Assembly (NCBI GenBank): GCA_051532055.1
Contig: JAOPTX010000042.1
Location: 111,101 to 175,100 of the forward strand
Direction of reading: 5' to 3'
Source of the DNA: Fibrobacterales bacterium
GTDB taxonomy: Bacteria > Fibrobacterota > Fibrobacteria > Fibrobacterales > JAOPTW01
DNA length: 64,000 nucleotides
Positions 30,526-41,800 of the stretch are shown piece after piece (within the stretch, counting starts at the first letter, position 1; each line of letters starts with the position of its first letter). The position numbers and the translations under genes were made by a program. Under the pieces are notes generated by a model. The model saw only the letters and a list, made by a program, of their open reading frames with translations. It made no database searches and had not been told where the DNA came from.

Positions 30526-31452
30526 ATGATTACTAAAATCATTTCATATAGCGCTATATACCTCATTTGGGGGTCAACTTACTATTTCATTAAAACAGCG
30601 GTAACAACTGTTTCTCCCTTTTATGTAGTTGGTATCAGGTTTACTATGGGTGCCCTAGTACTTTTTGCCTTTGCATGTTTAGCTAAAAGAATAAAAAAGA
30701 GACCCACTCTACAGCAAAGTATCAATGCTGTCTTTATAGGGATGTTGTTACTCATGGGTGCTAATGGATTAGTAACCATAGCAGAGCAACATGTCGATAG
30801 TTATCTCTTTGCACTAATGGCAAGTTCATTGCCGCTAGTAACTATTTTTTTTGATTGGCTAATCAATGGCAAACGAATTACTATAATAGCTGGTATTGGT
30901 ATCCTTTCCGGAATTACAGGAGTTATAGTTCTACTCTCAGATGGGTCGAGTCAACTGAGCGCTGTCTCCAATGAATTATGGCTTGGAGTTCTTGCAATTA
31001 TTTTGTGGGCCCTCGGTTCAAGCTTAAGTAAACAACTTGCACTTCCTACTGACCCTGTAATAAATTCGTTAATCCAGCAAGGTTCAGTTGGTGTAATTTC
31101 TCTTATACTTATTCAGTTTTATGCCCCAGCCTCTCAGTATACTTGGAGTGAAATTGCTACAGTCTCATGGTTTTCAATAGGGTACTTAGCAATAGCCGGA
31201 TCCTTTGCTTTGGTCTGTTATGGCTGGCTGCTTCAAAATGAACCCCTCTCTCGAGTAATGAGTTACACCTTTATTAATCCGTTAATTGCTATAAGTTTAG
31301 GGGTTTTCATTGGGGGTGAAAAGATTGTTTCGACTATTGGACCCAGTGCAGGACTCATTGCACTGGGACTCATTTGTATGTTTTATGAAAAACAGATTCT
31401 ATCGATGATTCGAAAAGCTTTTGGTAAACCCAAGATTATTAACCCTTCTTAG
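30526..31452 (+). CDS. EamA/DMT family transporter (YedA-like)
   Basis: IYLIWGSTY, RF, YTFINPLIA..LG..GE motifs, 10 TMs; ATG at 30526 follows AAGGAG. Confidence 0.9.
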   Translation: MITKIISYSAIYLIWGSTYYFIKTAVTTVSPFYVVGIRFTMGALVLFAFACLAKRIKKRPTLQQSINAVFIGMLLLMGANGLVTIAEQHVDSYLFALMASSLPLVTIFFDWLINGKRITIIAGIGILSGITGVIVLLSDGSSQLSAVSNELWLGVLAIILWALGSSLSKQLALPTDPVINSLIQQGSVGVISLILIQFYAPASQYTWSEIATVSWFSIGYLAIAGSFALVCYGWLLQNEPLSRVMSYTFINPLIAISLGVFIGGEKIVSTIGPSAGLIALGLICMFYEKQILSMIRKAFGKPKIINPS

Positions 31453-31513
31453 GTCACTGAATTCCTCTAAAACAATTCAGACATTACCTGTATTGTTTTA
31501 GAGGATACTGTTG

Positions 31514-32272
31514 TTATTCCCTTACAAATACCATTTTAGTAGCATCAGATTTATCTGGCTGATAATTATACCCATCAACGCTATATGATTTAAGGTCCGT
31601 AGGTGCGGTAATTTTATTTTTCACAATATACCGAGCCATTTTGCCACGGGCTGCTTTCGCATAGACACTGACAGTTTTGAGTGTTCCGTTTTTAAGGTCC
31701 AAGAAAATAGGAGTTATCACAGTTGCGTCTAAGTTCTCAAAATCTATAACCTTAGAATATTCGTCTGATGCTAAATTAAGGATCGTTTTGTCACCACTCA
31801 ACTCTGTACTCAATTGTTTGGTCACTCGTTCTTTCCAGTAATGGTACGGGTTTTTACTCTCACCGAGTGGAGTACGGTACCCAAGCTCAAACCGATAGTG
31901 TTTCATAAGATCGAGTGGTTTAAGCATACCATAAAATCCAGAAAGAATTCGAATCGTTTTATCAGCATATATGAGTTCACTATCATTAAAACTATGAGGG
32001 TCCATACTTTCAAATACATGGCCAGCAAAAGCAAGTAACGCTTCAGTGCTATTATGAGCTGTATGTTTTTTATCCCAGTGGGCGATCATGTTTATGGTTG
32101 ATTCAGCTAAGGCATCACTGATTGCCATAACCTTTTTGAGGTGTGGTTCATTCCACTCTAATAGAAACTCATTGATCTCTTCGGATTCCTTTAAAAATTG
32201 TGGTGCACGGTATTGTTTGGTAAGTGCATGCTTAATTTTCATTTTCTTAGCAGGGGAGAGTAACACAATCAT
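31514..32272 (-). CDS. yaaA: YaaA/UPF0246 peroxide-stress protein
   Basis: LLSPAK, ILSGFYG.L.PLD...YR.E.G, NLASDEY, AK.ARG.MAR. Confidence 0.9.
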   Translation of the reverse strand: MIVLLSPAKKMKIKHALTKQYRAPQFLKESEEINEFLLEWNEPHLKKVMAISDALAESTINMIAHWDKKHTAHNSTEALLAFAGHVFESMDPHSFNDSELIYADKTIRILSGFYGMLKPLDLMKHYRFELGYRTPLGESKNPYHYWKERVTKQLSTELSGDKTILNLASDEYSKVIDFENLDATVITPIFLDLKNGTLKTVSVYAKAARGKMARYIVKNKITAPTDLKSYSVDGYNYQPDKSDATKMVFVRE

Positions 32273-32694
32273 GCGATGTCGTCCTTTCTTCTTGTCTTTT
32301 CACTATCTCGTTCGTTTGCCATATCTTGAAGTTCATATTTGAGGGCATCGCCTGAAATCCATATTTCCCATAGAGATATACAAAGGGATATACAGAGTAA
32401 TGCGAGGCTCAAGCCAAAGGCATGTTTACCAGCTGACACATTTTCTACAAAGAGCATTAGCATAGAAACAGTGCAAAAAAGGAAACTGGTAATGCCAAAA
32501 GCCTGCATTATTCTAATAAGGTTGAGCCGTTTTCGTAAGTTCTCAATTTGAGGGTCGATAATATGCGACATTTTTTCTCTGCCATTTGCGTGCAGCTGTC
32601 GTATCAATTGAGCAGTAATAGCGAACCGATTGGTGTACGCAAGTAGCAGCAATGAAATTGCGGGGAACAGTAGGGCGGGGGTTGTCAGTATCAT
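32269..32694 (-). CDS. DUF2721 family membrane protein
   Basis: TTPALLFPAISLLLLAYTNRF signature; ATG at 32694 follows GGAG. Confidence 0.8.
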   Translation of the reverse strand: MILTTPALLFPAISLLLLAYTNRFAITAQLIRQLHANGREKMSHIIDPQIENLRKRLNLIRIMQAFGITSFLFCTVSMLMLFVENVSAGKHAFGLSLALLCISLCISLWEIWISGDALKYELQDMANERDSEKTRRKDDIA

Positions 32695-32895
32695 ATATAT
32701 CTCCAGTTGCGCCAAAGATACAAAAAGTATGGAGAGTAGTGGTTGTTGGTTGGATGGTTTGTTGGGGATTAATTTGATTTTTCAGAGTTATAGTTGAGGT
32801 GTTTGCGTTTATAACAATTGACTTGAATAGAGTATAGTAGACCGCTAAAGTGATCTCTATACTCTGTGATATCTAAAAAGAACAAATCACTCCTA

Positions 32896-34341
32896 TTATT
32901 TCCCTTTCAAATACTTGCTATCGCCACCATTCTCATAGATGTCAATATCTTCTTGAGAGGGTTCTACCTGTTGATCTACCACAGCCCAAGAAATTTCAGG
33001 TCTGAGCGCTCCAGTCATTAGGTCTTGACGATACCCAACAAATCCAGATATATATTCCATAGAATATTTAGTGCCAAAATAATCCCACAATACAGGCGCT
33101 TGAGATAGACCACTTGGTAGAATATCTGTTTCAGCTGATCGACCCATTATAGCTACTTCTTCTCCAGTATCGTCATCATAGGTATACTCAATGGGCCACT
33201 CTTCTTTAATAAAACGTTCGAACCCATCATCATACTCCATATAAGGAAAAAAGAGTAATATCCACCCTGCGATGTAAACATTTCCACACCCAATAGTGCC
33301 TTCAACGTATATACCTTTCCAAAAATCAGCATCCGCTTCTCCTTTCGAAGCTGCAATAAATTGATCGAGAATCGGGGACAATTCATTAATCCACCAAGCA
33401 AGGTCGTAATCGCGCAAAGCTTCAGCTTTGGACTTAACCAATTCCCAATCTGCAGTCGTTCCTTCAAGAGTAACAAAAGGAATTCCACATCCAGTGGTCA
33501 TCGAATAAGAGAAATAACTTTTCATAGCATCCATAAGGGTGATTTGAAAAGCGGCTTTCTCTATTGGTGTTGTGGTCGAGAACTTACCCGTAACGAGATC
33601 AAGAAGTTCAGTTCCTGTATTTGCTTCTATAGAGTCCGAGAATTCTTCAAAAGTACCCGCCCAATCATTATAAAGACTTCCCTTAGAAAATGAATCCCGT
33701 CTAATATTCAATTTTTTCTTGCCATCAAAATCAACAAACTGACTCCTCAGGTCTTCAGAGTTCTCATTTATATGAGTCGCAAAACCTTGTGAAATTAAAA
33801 GCCAAATCATATCAGGTGAAATCACAAAGTTATAATGATTGGCATAAGCTCTACGAAGGGCCTCCATGAAAGCATGATATGAAGTAGGGACCAAATCAAT
33901 TTCTTTATACGCCGTTGCTTCAACGACTCTGTTAGGGAGGGTATCAGGAAATATTTTTGGATCGAGTAGTTCATCAGAGGTATAATCCCAAGCATCTTCA
34001 CCTAAAAATGACTTTCGTTCTTTTACATTTCTATCAATGACCATTTTTTTAATGACTACTTCATCATAAGGGAGAGTACCCAGGATTTCAGTGATCGGCT
34101 CTACGGTATCAACAGCAAAGGTTACCTTCCTTGAGGTAAGAAAGGAATCATCTGCAATGATCCTTTGTAATATAACGGGCTTATTAGAGCTAGAATATTC
34201 TTCGTCTTGCTCCTCTGAAGAGGAGCTTGAGTAGTGATGACTCGAATCATTTTCACTGGTTTGATCACTATTGGTTGACTCATCAAAAAGGCATCCAATG
34301 AATAAAAGCTGGGTAATAAGGAGTATAATAAGGGTTTTCAT
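32896..34341 (-). CDS. DUF4419 family lipoprotein
   Basis: Lipobox FIGC, Ser-rich linker; AYA.H...ISPDMIWL.I.QGF..H, FSTTT, YFSY...CGIP..TLEG...DW. Confidence 0.8.
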   Translation of the reverse strand: MKTLIILLITQLLFIGCLFDESTNSDQTSENDSSHHYSSSSSEEQDEEYSSSNKPVILQRIIADDSFLTSRKVTFAVDTVEPITEILGTLPYDEVVIKKMVIDRNVKERKSFLGEDAWDYTSDELLDPKIFPDTLPNRVVEATAYKEIDLVPTSYHAFMEALRRAYANHYNFVISPDMIWLLISQGFATHINENSEDLRSQFVDFDGKKKLNIRRDSFSKGSLYNDWAGTFEEFSDSIEANTGTELLDLVTGKFSTTTPIEKAAFQITLMDAMKSYFSYSMTTGCGIPFVTLEGTTADWELVKSKAEALRDYDLAWWINELSPILDQFIAASKGEADADFWKGIYVEGTIGCGNVYIAGWILLFFPYMEYDDGFERFIKEEWPIEYTYDDDTGEEVAIMGRSAETDILPSGLSQAPVLWDYFGTKYSMEYISGFVGYRQDLMTGALRPEISWAVVDQQVEPSQEDIDIYENGGDSKYLKGK

Positions 34342-34542
34342 GGTTTTTAACCTATGGAGTGCAATTTCTTTACAACTTAAATTCTTTTTAAATGATATAA
34401 AAGAGAATTGTTACAGGAAATTCATTAAACGTTCTCATGTTGTGAGCACGGAATTTAACATCTCGCTTATACTCTAAACCTAAAATAGTTAACCAATATT
34501 GTCCCTCACAGGTTAACTATCCTTACTTAGTCAGTAAAACAA

Positions 34543-36024
34543 TCACATATCTCTCACTAATCGCACATAATTATATATTCGAATAACATCACCTTGAGGA
34601 CCATGTCCTTCTGGCCAATCAGCAGGATCACCAGTTTTTGGGTCACTTCTCTGGGCGCCAGCACCATGAACATCAAGTAAACTTGTGGTGCCTGTGGCAG
34701 GTGATTCGAAAAATCCCAGCGCTTCACCAAATGAAAAGTAGACTGCATTATCACTACTCATCATATTTTGGTGTGTTGTCGATGACCAATAGAAGGGGTA
34801 ATTCGTTTCACTTCCTTCGTCTATAATTTCTGAAACCTGAAAAAGAGTATCTATAGCAGCACTATTGGTCTCTTGAGGGGAGCGAGTATAATCAACAATA
34901 CTGTGTAGCTCTTTTGCATTTGGAAGACGCCAATCACTCTGCCCAAGATAGTCTTCACTATTTTTCTGTTCCGCATACTCTAATGCTTCTTCCCAGTACA
35001 TACCTGACTCACTGTCAGCTTGTTGCCACATTAACCCTGTAGCGTTGTCACTTATAGTGCCATCTGCATTATCAGTAAATGCATTAACGCCATATTTTGT
35101 ATTTTCCCGAACAAACCGTACGGTAAACTCATTATCTTGCCCCTGCCGCAACAAAGGGTACCCTTTGATTCTACCATCTGCTACATTTACTCCAAATACT
35201 GTTTCATCCCGCCCCATAGTCACTCCAGTATAGATCGTTGAAGTGAGCATCTGAGTGTCAATAATTCGAGTACCATTGGCGCCATAAGCAAAATCAAAAT
35301 AGGATGAATCGATAAAGGGAACCGCACCGACTGGAACCGTAGTGTCATCTGGCCCACTCACATCTTTACCACTAAACAGCATGAGTGAATACGCTTCTTT
35401 TATAGTGGGAACACGCCAATCATTATGACCACCTAAATCAAGAGACAAAGCAGTTGCTATTGCATCATTGTATGACATGACCGTAAACTCTTGTTGCCAC
35501 ATGAGGCCCGTAACATTGTCAGTAATCGTACCATCACCATTATCGGTATAAGATGGTTGATGTCCAATATGCTGTGCGTCCTGACCATAAAAAGCCTCTT
35601 TAGTCGACGGCTCGTCAATGGCACTTCTATTATCAAAAAAGGTGTTTAGCCCAGTGTCGACTATTTTATAAGTTCTCCTTACTTCAAGTTCAGATTCGAT
35701 ATTTGTTTCGGATGATTCTCTATTCGATGAAGAAACTAGTTCTACCACCATCTCAGAAGAGATAGTTTCATCTGCGTTAATAGAACTAACTCCATCACTC
35801 GAAGATGAGTTTTCTACTTCTGAAGCTTCTGAGGAGGTTTGTGACATCTCTGCAGAACTAACCTCAAGTGCAGAGCTTCTATCACCTTGTAAAGTGAAGT
35901 TACCCGAATCCTGACCTTGACTTGATTCCCCTTGACTCGACTGTGTCTCAATGTTCTGAGTAGAATCAAACATGCAGTTTACAACCAATGACAATATTCC
36001 AAGTACCATTAATACATTTTTCAT
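34543..36024 (-). CDS. Lipoprotein with two DUF1566 (Lcl C-terminal) domains
   Basis: Two copies of DNxDGTIxDNxTGLMWQ...DWR(V/L)P..KE; terminal YVRLVR; Ser/Glu-rich linker. Confidence 0.85.
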   Translation of the reverse strand: MKNVLMVLGILSLVVNCMFDSTQNIETQSSQGESSQGQDSGNFTLQGDRSSALEVSSAEMSQTSSEASEVENSSSSDGVSSINADETISSEMVVELVSSSNRESSETNIESELEVRRTYKIVDTGLNTFFDNRSAIDEPSTKEAFYGQDAQHIGHQPSYTDNGDGTITDNVTGLMWQQEFTVMSYNDAIATALSLDLGGHNDWRVPTIKEAYSLMLFSGKDVSGPDDTTVPVGAVPFIDSSYFDFAYGANGTRIIDTQMLTSTIYTGVTMGRDETVFGVNVADGRIKGYPLLRQGQDNEFTVRFVRENTKYGVNAFTDNADGTISDNATGLMWQQADSESGMYWEEALEYAEQKNSEDYLGQSDWRLPNAKELHSIVDYTRSPQETNSAAIDTLFQVSEIIDEGSETNYPFYWSSTTHQNMMSSDNAVYFSFGEALGFFESPATGTTSLLDVHGAGAQRSDPKTGDPADWPEGHGPQGDVIRIYNYVRLVRDM

Positions 36025-36222
36025 AGATATATCCTTTTTATAGCCATCATTACGATGGTCACACCCTCGTGTCTATAGAGATAAGATAGATTTATAAACC
36101 TCATTATGATTGAGTCAGATTCTTAATCCGCTCTCTTTAAGGGAGCACAATGGTATTATTGGATTTACCGGGTGAGTAATTCACTCATTTGTGACAATGA
36201 TAATGTAAGAGCTAAATTAGAA

Positions 36223-36252
36223 AGAGCATTTTTCAATTAAGAAAAATGCTCT
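36223..36252 (-). terminator. Probable terminator hairpin after 36281..37039
   Basis: AGAGCATTTTTC-aattaa-GAAAAATGCTCT 12-bp inverted repeat; weak U tract. Confidence 0.5.
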
Positions 36253-36280
36253 ACTGAAAAGTAGCTCAGTGTATTTTAAT

Positions 36281-37039
36281 TTATGGTTTGTACGTCAAAA
36301 CGTAAATCCATCTACCGCCCGCATCTTTATTCAAATCACCAGAAGTAACAGTCCAAATAGTATTCCCATATTTACTCCCTGTTGCATATGAATTATCAGA
36401 ACTTAAGATTGCGATACCTTTATAGGGGGTAGAACCTTGCTTATGTGAAATAGTGACATAAGCACCGTTATTTTTTTTGTTGAGATCATAGGCATAATCA
36501 TTACCATAAGTAGCATTCCCTCCAATAATACCATTTCGAGTCCAGCTACTATTACTCCATGAGGTTGCATTAGCAGAATGTTTTGTTAACAGAGAACTAT
36601 TAGGGCTGCTTTCATAGAGTATCTCACTTATTCCGTTACCACATACTACATCATATACACACATGTATATATAGTCTCCTGGAGAGCCTTCATTTAAATC
36701 TCTATCTAATTTTGTATAGCCAGAGGGACACGCTTCATCTTTATTTGGTCCAACAAACCAAATGTTTTTCACTGACTCTCCAGTTGAGGCAGGATCTATA
36801 GTGTTTTCTCTTTTTAAAATATGAGTTCCCGTTATAATGCCACTCGTTGTATAAATTGTGTCGTTCGCAGATCCTTCACCTTTCTCATATACCGGCTTAT
36901 TATTGAGAATACTATTTTCTTTGTCACTGATACTGTCCATTTTATTATCTGATGTATTATTTGAAACCACATCATAGGTTGAACAACCCATTACTGAAGC
37001 CAAGACTATTGAGATAGTTGCTAAACTTTTTAAGTTCAT
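36281..37039 (-). CDS. Lipoprotein with a three-fold DLNxxxxGxYIY repeat (MABP/beta-prism-like)
   Basis: Lipobox VMGC; repeats DLNEGSPGDYIY, DLNKKNNGAYVT, DLNKDAGGRWIY. Confidence 0.6.
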   Translation of the reverse strand: MNLKSLATISIVLASVMGCSTYDVVSNNTSDNKMDSISDKENSILNNKPVYEKGEGSANDTIYTTSGIITGTHILKRENTIDPASTGESVKNIWFVGPNKDEACPSGYTKLDRDLNEGSPGDYIYMCVYDVVCGNGISEILYESSPNSSLLTKHSANATSWSNSSWTRNGIIGGNATYGNDYAYDLNKKNNGAYVTISHKQGSTPYKGIAILSSDNSYATGSKYGNTIWTVTSGDLNKDAGGRWIYVLTYKP

Positions 37040-37450
37040 ATTTTTCCTTACTGTTGTATGTTAATTAAATACCTCTCTATTGAGGTCACAGTAAAATTGC
37101 TTTATTCAATACCTAAATAAACAAACTTGAAAGCTTTTGTGTTCCAAAGTGTTTTTTGACAGTAAACACTTCTTGATGCATTATCAAAATGCTTAAATAC
37201 ATTACACTTTTCTCTATTCAATTCTTGTACGATTCCACCACTAAGATGCGAAACATAGCGTATACTAAACATCGTTAACAATGGAGTACACCTTGAGCTA
37301 ATATAGGAGAGAAGTCTTTGCTCGTTGAGGGAAACACATATGTAAAAATCAATAGTCGTAATAACATTTCCAGAGAAGTGTTCTAATATAAACCTAATTT
37401 TATTGGATTACTTTCGACAATAAGAACAGAAGTATAACTGCACTTTTGCG

Positions 37451-38626
37451 TTATTCATGAGTCACCCAAAAATCCCATACTTTTACTTCTCCATAATTTT
37501 CGGGATCACCACTCGAGTCACCTTCTTTTGATGAGTTACTCTGCGTATAATTTCCCACTTTAAAATAGGTCTCATCGTATGATAAATCCATTACATAATC
37601 CGTATCATCACTTTTAATAAGATATGATTCCGCAACTCCATCATCATACAATTTATTGAGCTTTCCATCTTCACTGTAATATACGTAATGCTTTCCATCG
37701 ACTACCTTAAAAATAACTTCGTGGATAGTCCCGAGTGCATAGTCATTCTTAATAGTCAGGTCTTCCTGTAAATCGCCTCCATTAAAGCTCAAGAAAAGGT
37801 GTGTCCCTTCAAGCCTCAGGACCATTGCATCGTCTATTCCTTCGGTTTTATTTCCATGTATTTGTGTCGCAACGAGATGGTCTTTGACTATGGGTAAGTG
37901 TGTTATAGCTTGTTTTACGTATATAACATGTGTCCCATCAGTAGTCCAATACACATCTTCCTTGCCGTCATCTGTTCGCTCTCTCAGTTCTGAGCGAATA
38001 TAGGGGGAGTTTGGTGTTGAATTGTTGTCATCCTTAATAGGGGAGTAGAAAACAATGGCATCACCATCAACATAATAGTACTCGTTTTTTACATCTTTTA
38101 GATCCTTAATTTCCGATCCATCAGGGAAGGTAATTTTCCATTGTTCAAAATTTCTCATTAATGTTGCGGGGCTCGCTCCTGATTCCCAATCACCTGAACC
38201 GATAGCAGTCATTAAGACACCATTACTCGAAGAGCGACTGGCATCAGAAGAATCCATACTGCTTTGAATATCGGTATCACTCGATGGCACATCATCATTT
38301 GATAAGTCACCTTCTATTGGCATCTTTGAATTACTCGAAAGCATGCCACCGCTTGAGGTAGAGAGGCCACTCGATTCATTTTTTTTACTCGACGATTCAG
38401 TATTAATCCTTTCAAATGAACTACTGGAATTATCATCCTCACGAGAAGATTCTGCAGTATTATCTTCAAAATACTTTATATCAGAACTAAGGATTATTGC
38501 TGAATTACTCGAATTTCCATCGGAACTTGCTATATCGCTTCGGGTAGTCGTATCTCCACATCCAACAATTATTGTCGCTACACCTATAAAACCAAGACAT
38601 TTCTTAGTTAAGTTACTCTTTCGCAC
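37451..38626 (-). CDS. Polysaccharide lyase family 7 (alginate lyase-type) lipoprotein
   Basis: Lipobox IVGC, Ser-rich linker; PL7 motifs RSELRE, QIH, YFKVGNYTQ; AAGGAG before GTG. Confidence 0.85.
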   Translation of the reverse strand: MRKSNLTKKCLGFIGVATIIVGCGDTTTRSDIASSDGNSSNSAIILSSDIKYFEDNTAESSREDDNSSSSFERINTESSSKKNESSGLSTSSGGMLSSNSKMPIEGDLSNDDVPSSDTDIQSSMDSSDASRSSSNGVLMTAIGSGDWESGASPATLMRNFEQWKITFPDGSEIKDLKDVKNEYYYVDGDAIVFYSPIKDDNNSTPNSPYIRSELRERTDDGKEDVYWTTDGTHVIYVKQAITHLPIVKDHLVATQIHGNKTEGIDDAMVLRLEGTHLFLSFNGGDLQEDLTIKNDYALGTIHEVIFKVVDGKHYVYYSEDGKLNKLYDDGVAESYLIKSDDTDYVMDLSYDETYFKVGNYTQSNSSKEGDSSGDPENYGEVKVWDFWVTHE

Positions 38627-38812
38627 CTATTCTCCTTAGTATACCATCACAGTAGTATGTAATCTATTTAGTTGCGAGCAACTAATACTCGTTCACTCAT
38701 GGCGAACATAATAAACATAAAGGGCTGTTTTTTTACCTATGAGTTGATTTTTTTGAGGTTCGAGTCTCTCTGTTGTACCTTACATTGATGATTCATATAG
38801 GCTTTTTGATAC

Positions 38813-38845
38813 AAAAAAAGGCTACCTCACTTAATGAGATAGCCT
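38813..38845 (-). terminator. Intrinsic terminator after the GH5 gene
   Basis: 11-bp stem (one G-U on the minus strand) followed by a T7 run on the minus strand. Confidence 0.75.
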
Positions 38846-38870
38846 GTATATTTATAGGTATTGAGTCAAT

Positions 38871-41800
38871 TTATGGGCAACCAACTTGACCACTACAAGG
38901 ATCTGAAGTCCCTTCGGTGAGCCAAATGTTGTCAATATAGACGCTATTAGTACCGGTAGCACCGATATTAAAAACAATACGAGCATCAGCAGTTTCAGTC
39001 ATGGTAAAAGTGTAGCTGTAACGAGCCATACTTGTACCGAGTACTGATCCATTACCAATATTCGCATAATCGCTCCATGGGCTTCCATCGGTCTCTACTT
39101 TGATTTTAGCTATGCGATTAACTGAAGCACGAGCATCAAATGCGAAGGTATAGGTAACGCCATTTTGTAAAACAAAATTATCCTGGGATGGCTGAATGTT
39201 CCAATCAGAAGTTCCTGGGTCTGATATAGCTACTTTGTACGCACCACCTGAAACTGAACAGGTCGCTGCTCCGCCCCAAATATTACACATCCAATCAGTA
39301 GTTCCATTTGAGAAATCGCCATTGTTCAAAATATTAACTGCAGGCACTGCATCTGTAGTTCCTGTAACGCTATTACTAAACGCAACAGAGGCATTACCTT
39401 CTGCATCTTTAGCTTTCACAGTGAAACTATAGGCTGATTCAGCATTAAGGCCTGTTACAGTATAACTGCTGCTACTGGTCGTTGTAAGGAATACGTTATC
39501 GCGATAGACATCATAGCCTGTAACAGCAACGTTATCTGTTGCGCTATTCCAGTCAAGGCTGATTGCACTTGAAGTAACACCCGTAACTACAAGTCCAACA
39601 ACAGTACTTGGTGCTTCAGTATCAGGAATAACTGGAACAAAGCGAACCCAATTCAAGTTCTGACTTCCATTACCAAAAGAGAGTTGTACCGTATGGATAT
39701 CACCATTATCTATTGAAAATACCTCAGATGTCCCAGTTTTCCAGGTCTGATACTTATTTCCACTTCCGGTATAGGTACTGCTTGCTTTAGTGTAAGTTGT
39801 TTTAGTAGCACCATCAATCTTGATTTTTATTATCCGGTTAGTACTCCAAGTAGCGTGTCGTACTTCAACCTTCCAAAGCCCTTCAGCAAGGGTTAGGTTG
39901 TCGTATTGGGTCCATCTATCAGTTGAAATCCAACCAATATTTAATCCGCCACCGACATCATCAGTACCTTCTGTTTGAATTGACGCATGTTTTGAAGAAT
40001 AGTCTTCCGCTTCAATAAGAAGAGCTACTTGTGTAGGTTGAGCATCAGTAGTAACCACTATTGGTGTACTATGAGTAGATTGATTCCCTGCAGCGTCTTC
40101 TGAGTTTACCGTAATAACATATTCAGTCTCTTCATTCAAGCCTTGAATTGAGGCGATAGTTTCGGGACCAACAGTCTGAGAATATACACCATCTATAAAT
40201 ACATTATACCCAAATACTCCAACATTGTCTGTTGACACTGCCCAAGATATTGATAGGGACGAGGTACCAGTTGCCTCTCCTGCAACAGAAACCGGAACTG
40301 TAGGTGCTTCGGTATCGTTATCGGTGTTTGCTATTGCAATAGCACTTGCTACAGAGCGATTTCCAGCAGCGTCCTGAGCAATAACATGATACTCATATCT
40401 TGTGTTATGAAGTAAGCCCGTAATCTCGTATGATGTTACGGTTCCAAGACTGACGAGTAAATCATTATGCGTATACACGTCATACCCTACAACACCGATG
40501 TTATCTGTTGACGCATTCCACTCTAGGTTGATTGAATGCATACCTGTTGCAGTTGCAATAGTCGCCGTTGGTGCCGTTGGAGCCTCAGTATCAGGAGGTG
40601 TATCAGTAGTTACAGTAGCCACATTACTTACAGTAGACTTGTTACCCGCTGCATCAGATGCAATTACAGTAATAGCATAAGAAGTCTCAGCCGTAAGTCC
40701 AGTAACAGATGAAGAAATAGTGGTCACTGATTTGTTAAAAACACCATCGACATAGATATCATAACTGCTCACACCAATATTATCGTTAGCCGCAGACCAT
40801 GATACAGAAACTGACGTTGTCCCGGTAGACGAAGCGGTTACTGATGTTGGTTCAGTTGGTGCTTCAGTATCGTCATCTGTGGTTGCCATTGCTGTAGCAC
40901 TTGCCACAGAGAAATTACCCGCTGCATCTTTTGCAACAACATGAAAAGTATACATGGTATTGTGCAGTAGATTAGTAATTTCATATGACGTTACCGTTCC
41001 TAAACTTACGAGTAAATCACTACCCTGGTACACATCATAACCAATTACTCCAACATTGTCAGTTGAAGTATTCCAAACAAGATTGATTGAATACATGCCT
41101 GTAGCAGTTGCAATTGCAGACGTCGGTGCTGTTGGCGACTGAGTATCAGGAGGGTCTAATGTAGTAACAGACATGCCTTGGCTTACTGTTGATTCGTTAC
41201 CTGCAGCATCAATTGCTTTAACCGTTATGGTATAAGTCGTCGCAGGGGTTAATTGATTAACCACTGCAGAAGGGGTAGTAACGGATGTATTGAATAAACC
41301 ATCAACAAATACATCGTAGCTTACCACACCAACATTGTCACTTGACGCAGACCATGTTACCGCAACACTATATGGATCCATAGAAGCGGCAGCAACATTT
41401 GTTGGAACCGTAGGTGCTTCTTCGTCACCTGCAGTTACAATCACAACAGCAGCGCTCTGAGGAGAATGATTACTCGATGCATCTATTGCAACGATAGATA
41501 TTGTGTTGCTTGTACCAACAGGGAGACCCGTGATACTCGTCGTAGTAATAGGACCTACTGATTTTTTGAGTACACCATTTACATAAATACCATATCCAGC
41601 GATTTCATTGTTGTCCGACGCTTCGCTCCATGATAGTAGTGCAGAAGATACACCGTTCAATGATGCTGCAAGGTTTAAAGGAGTGGTAGGATTTTCTGTA
41701 TCTCCGTTACCACAGCTACTTTCTACTGCGAAAACTACATTATCTATGATAACATCTGAAGTACCGCGTCCACCAAATTTAAAACCAACTTTAGCTTGAG

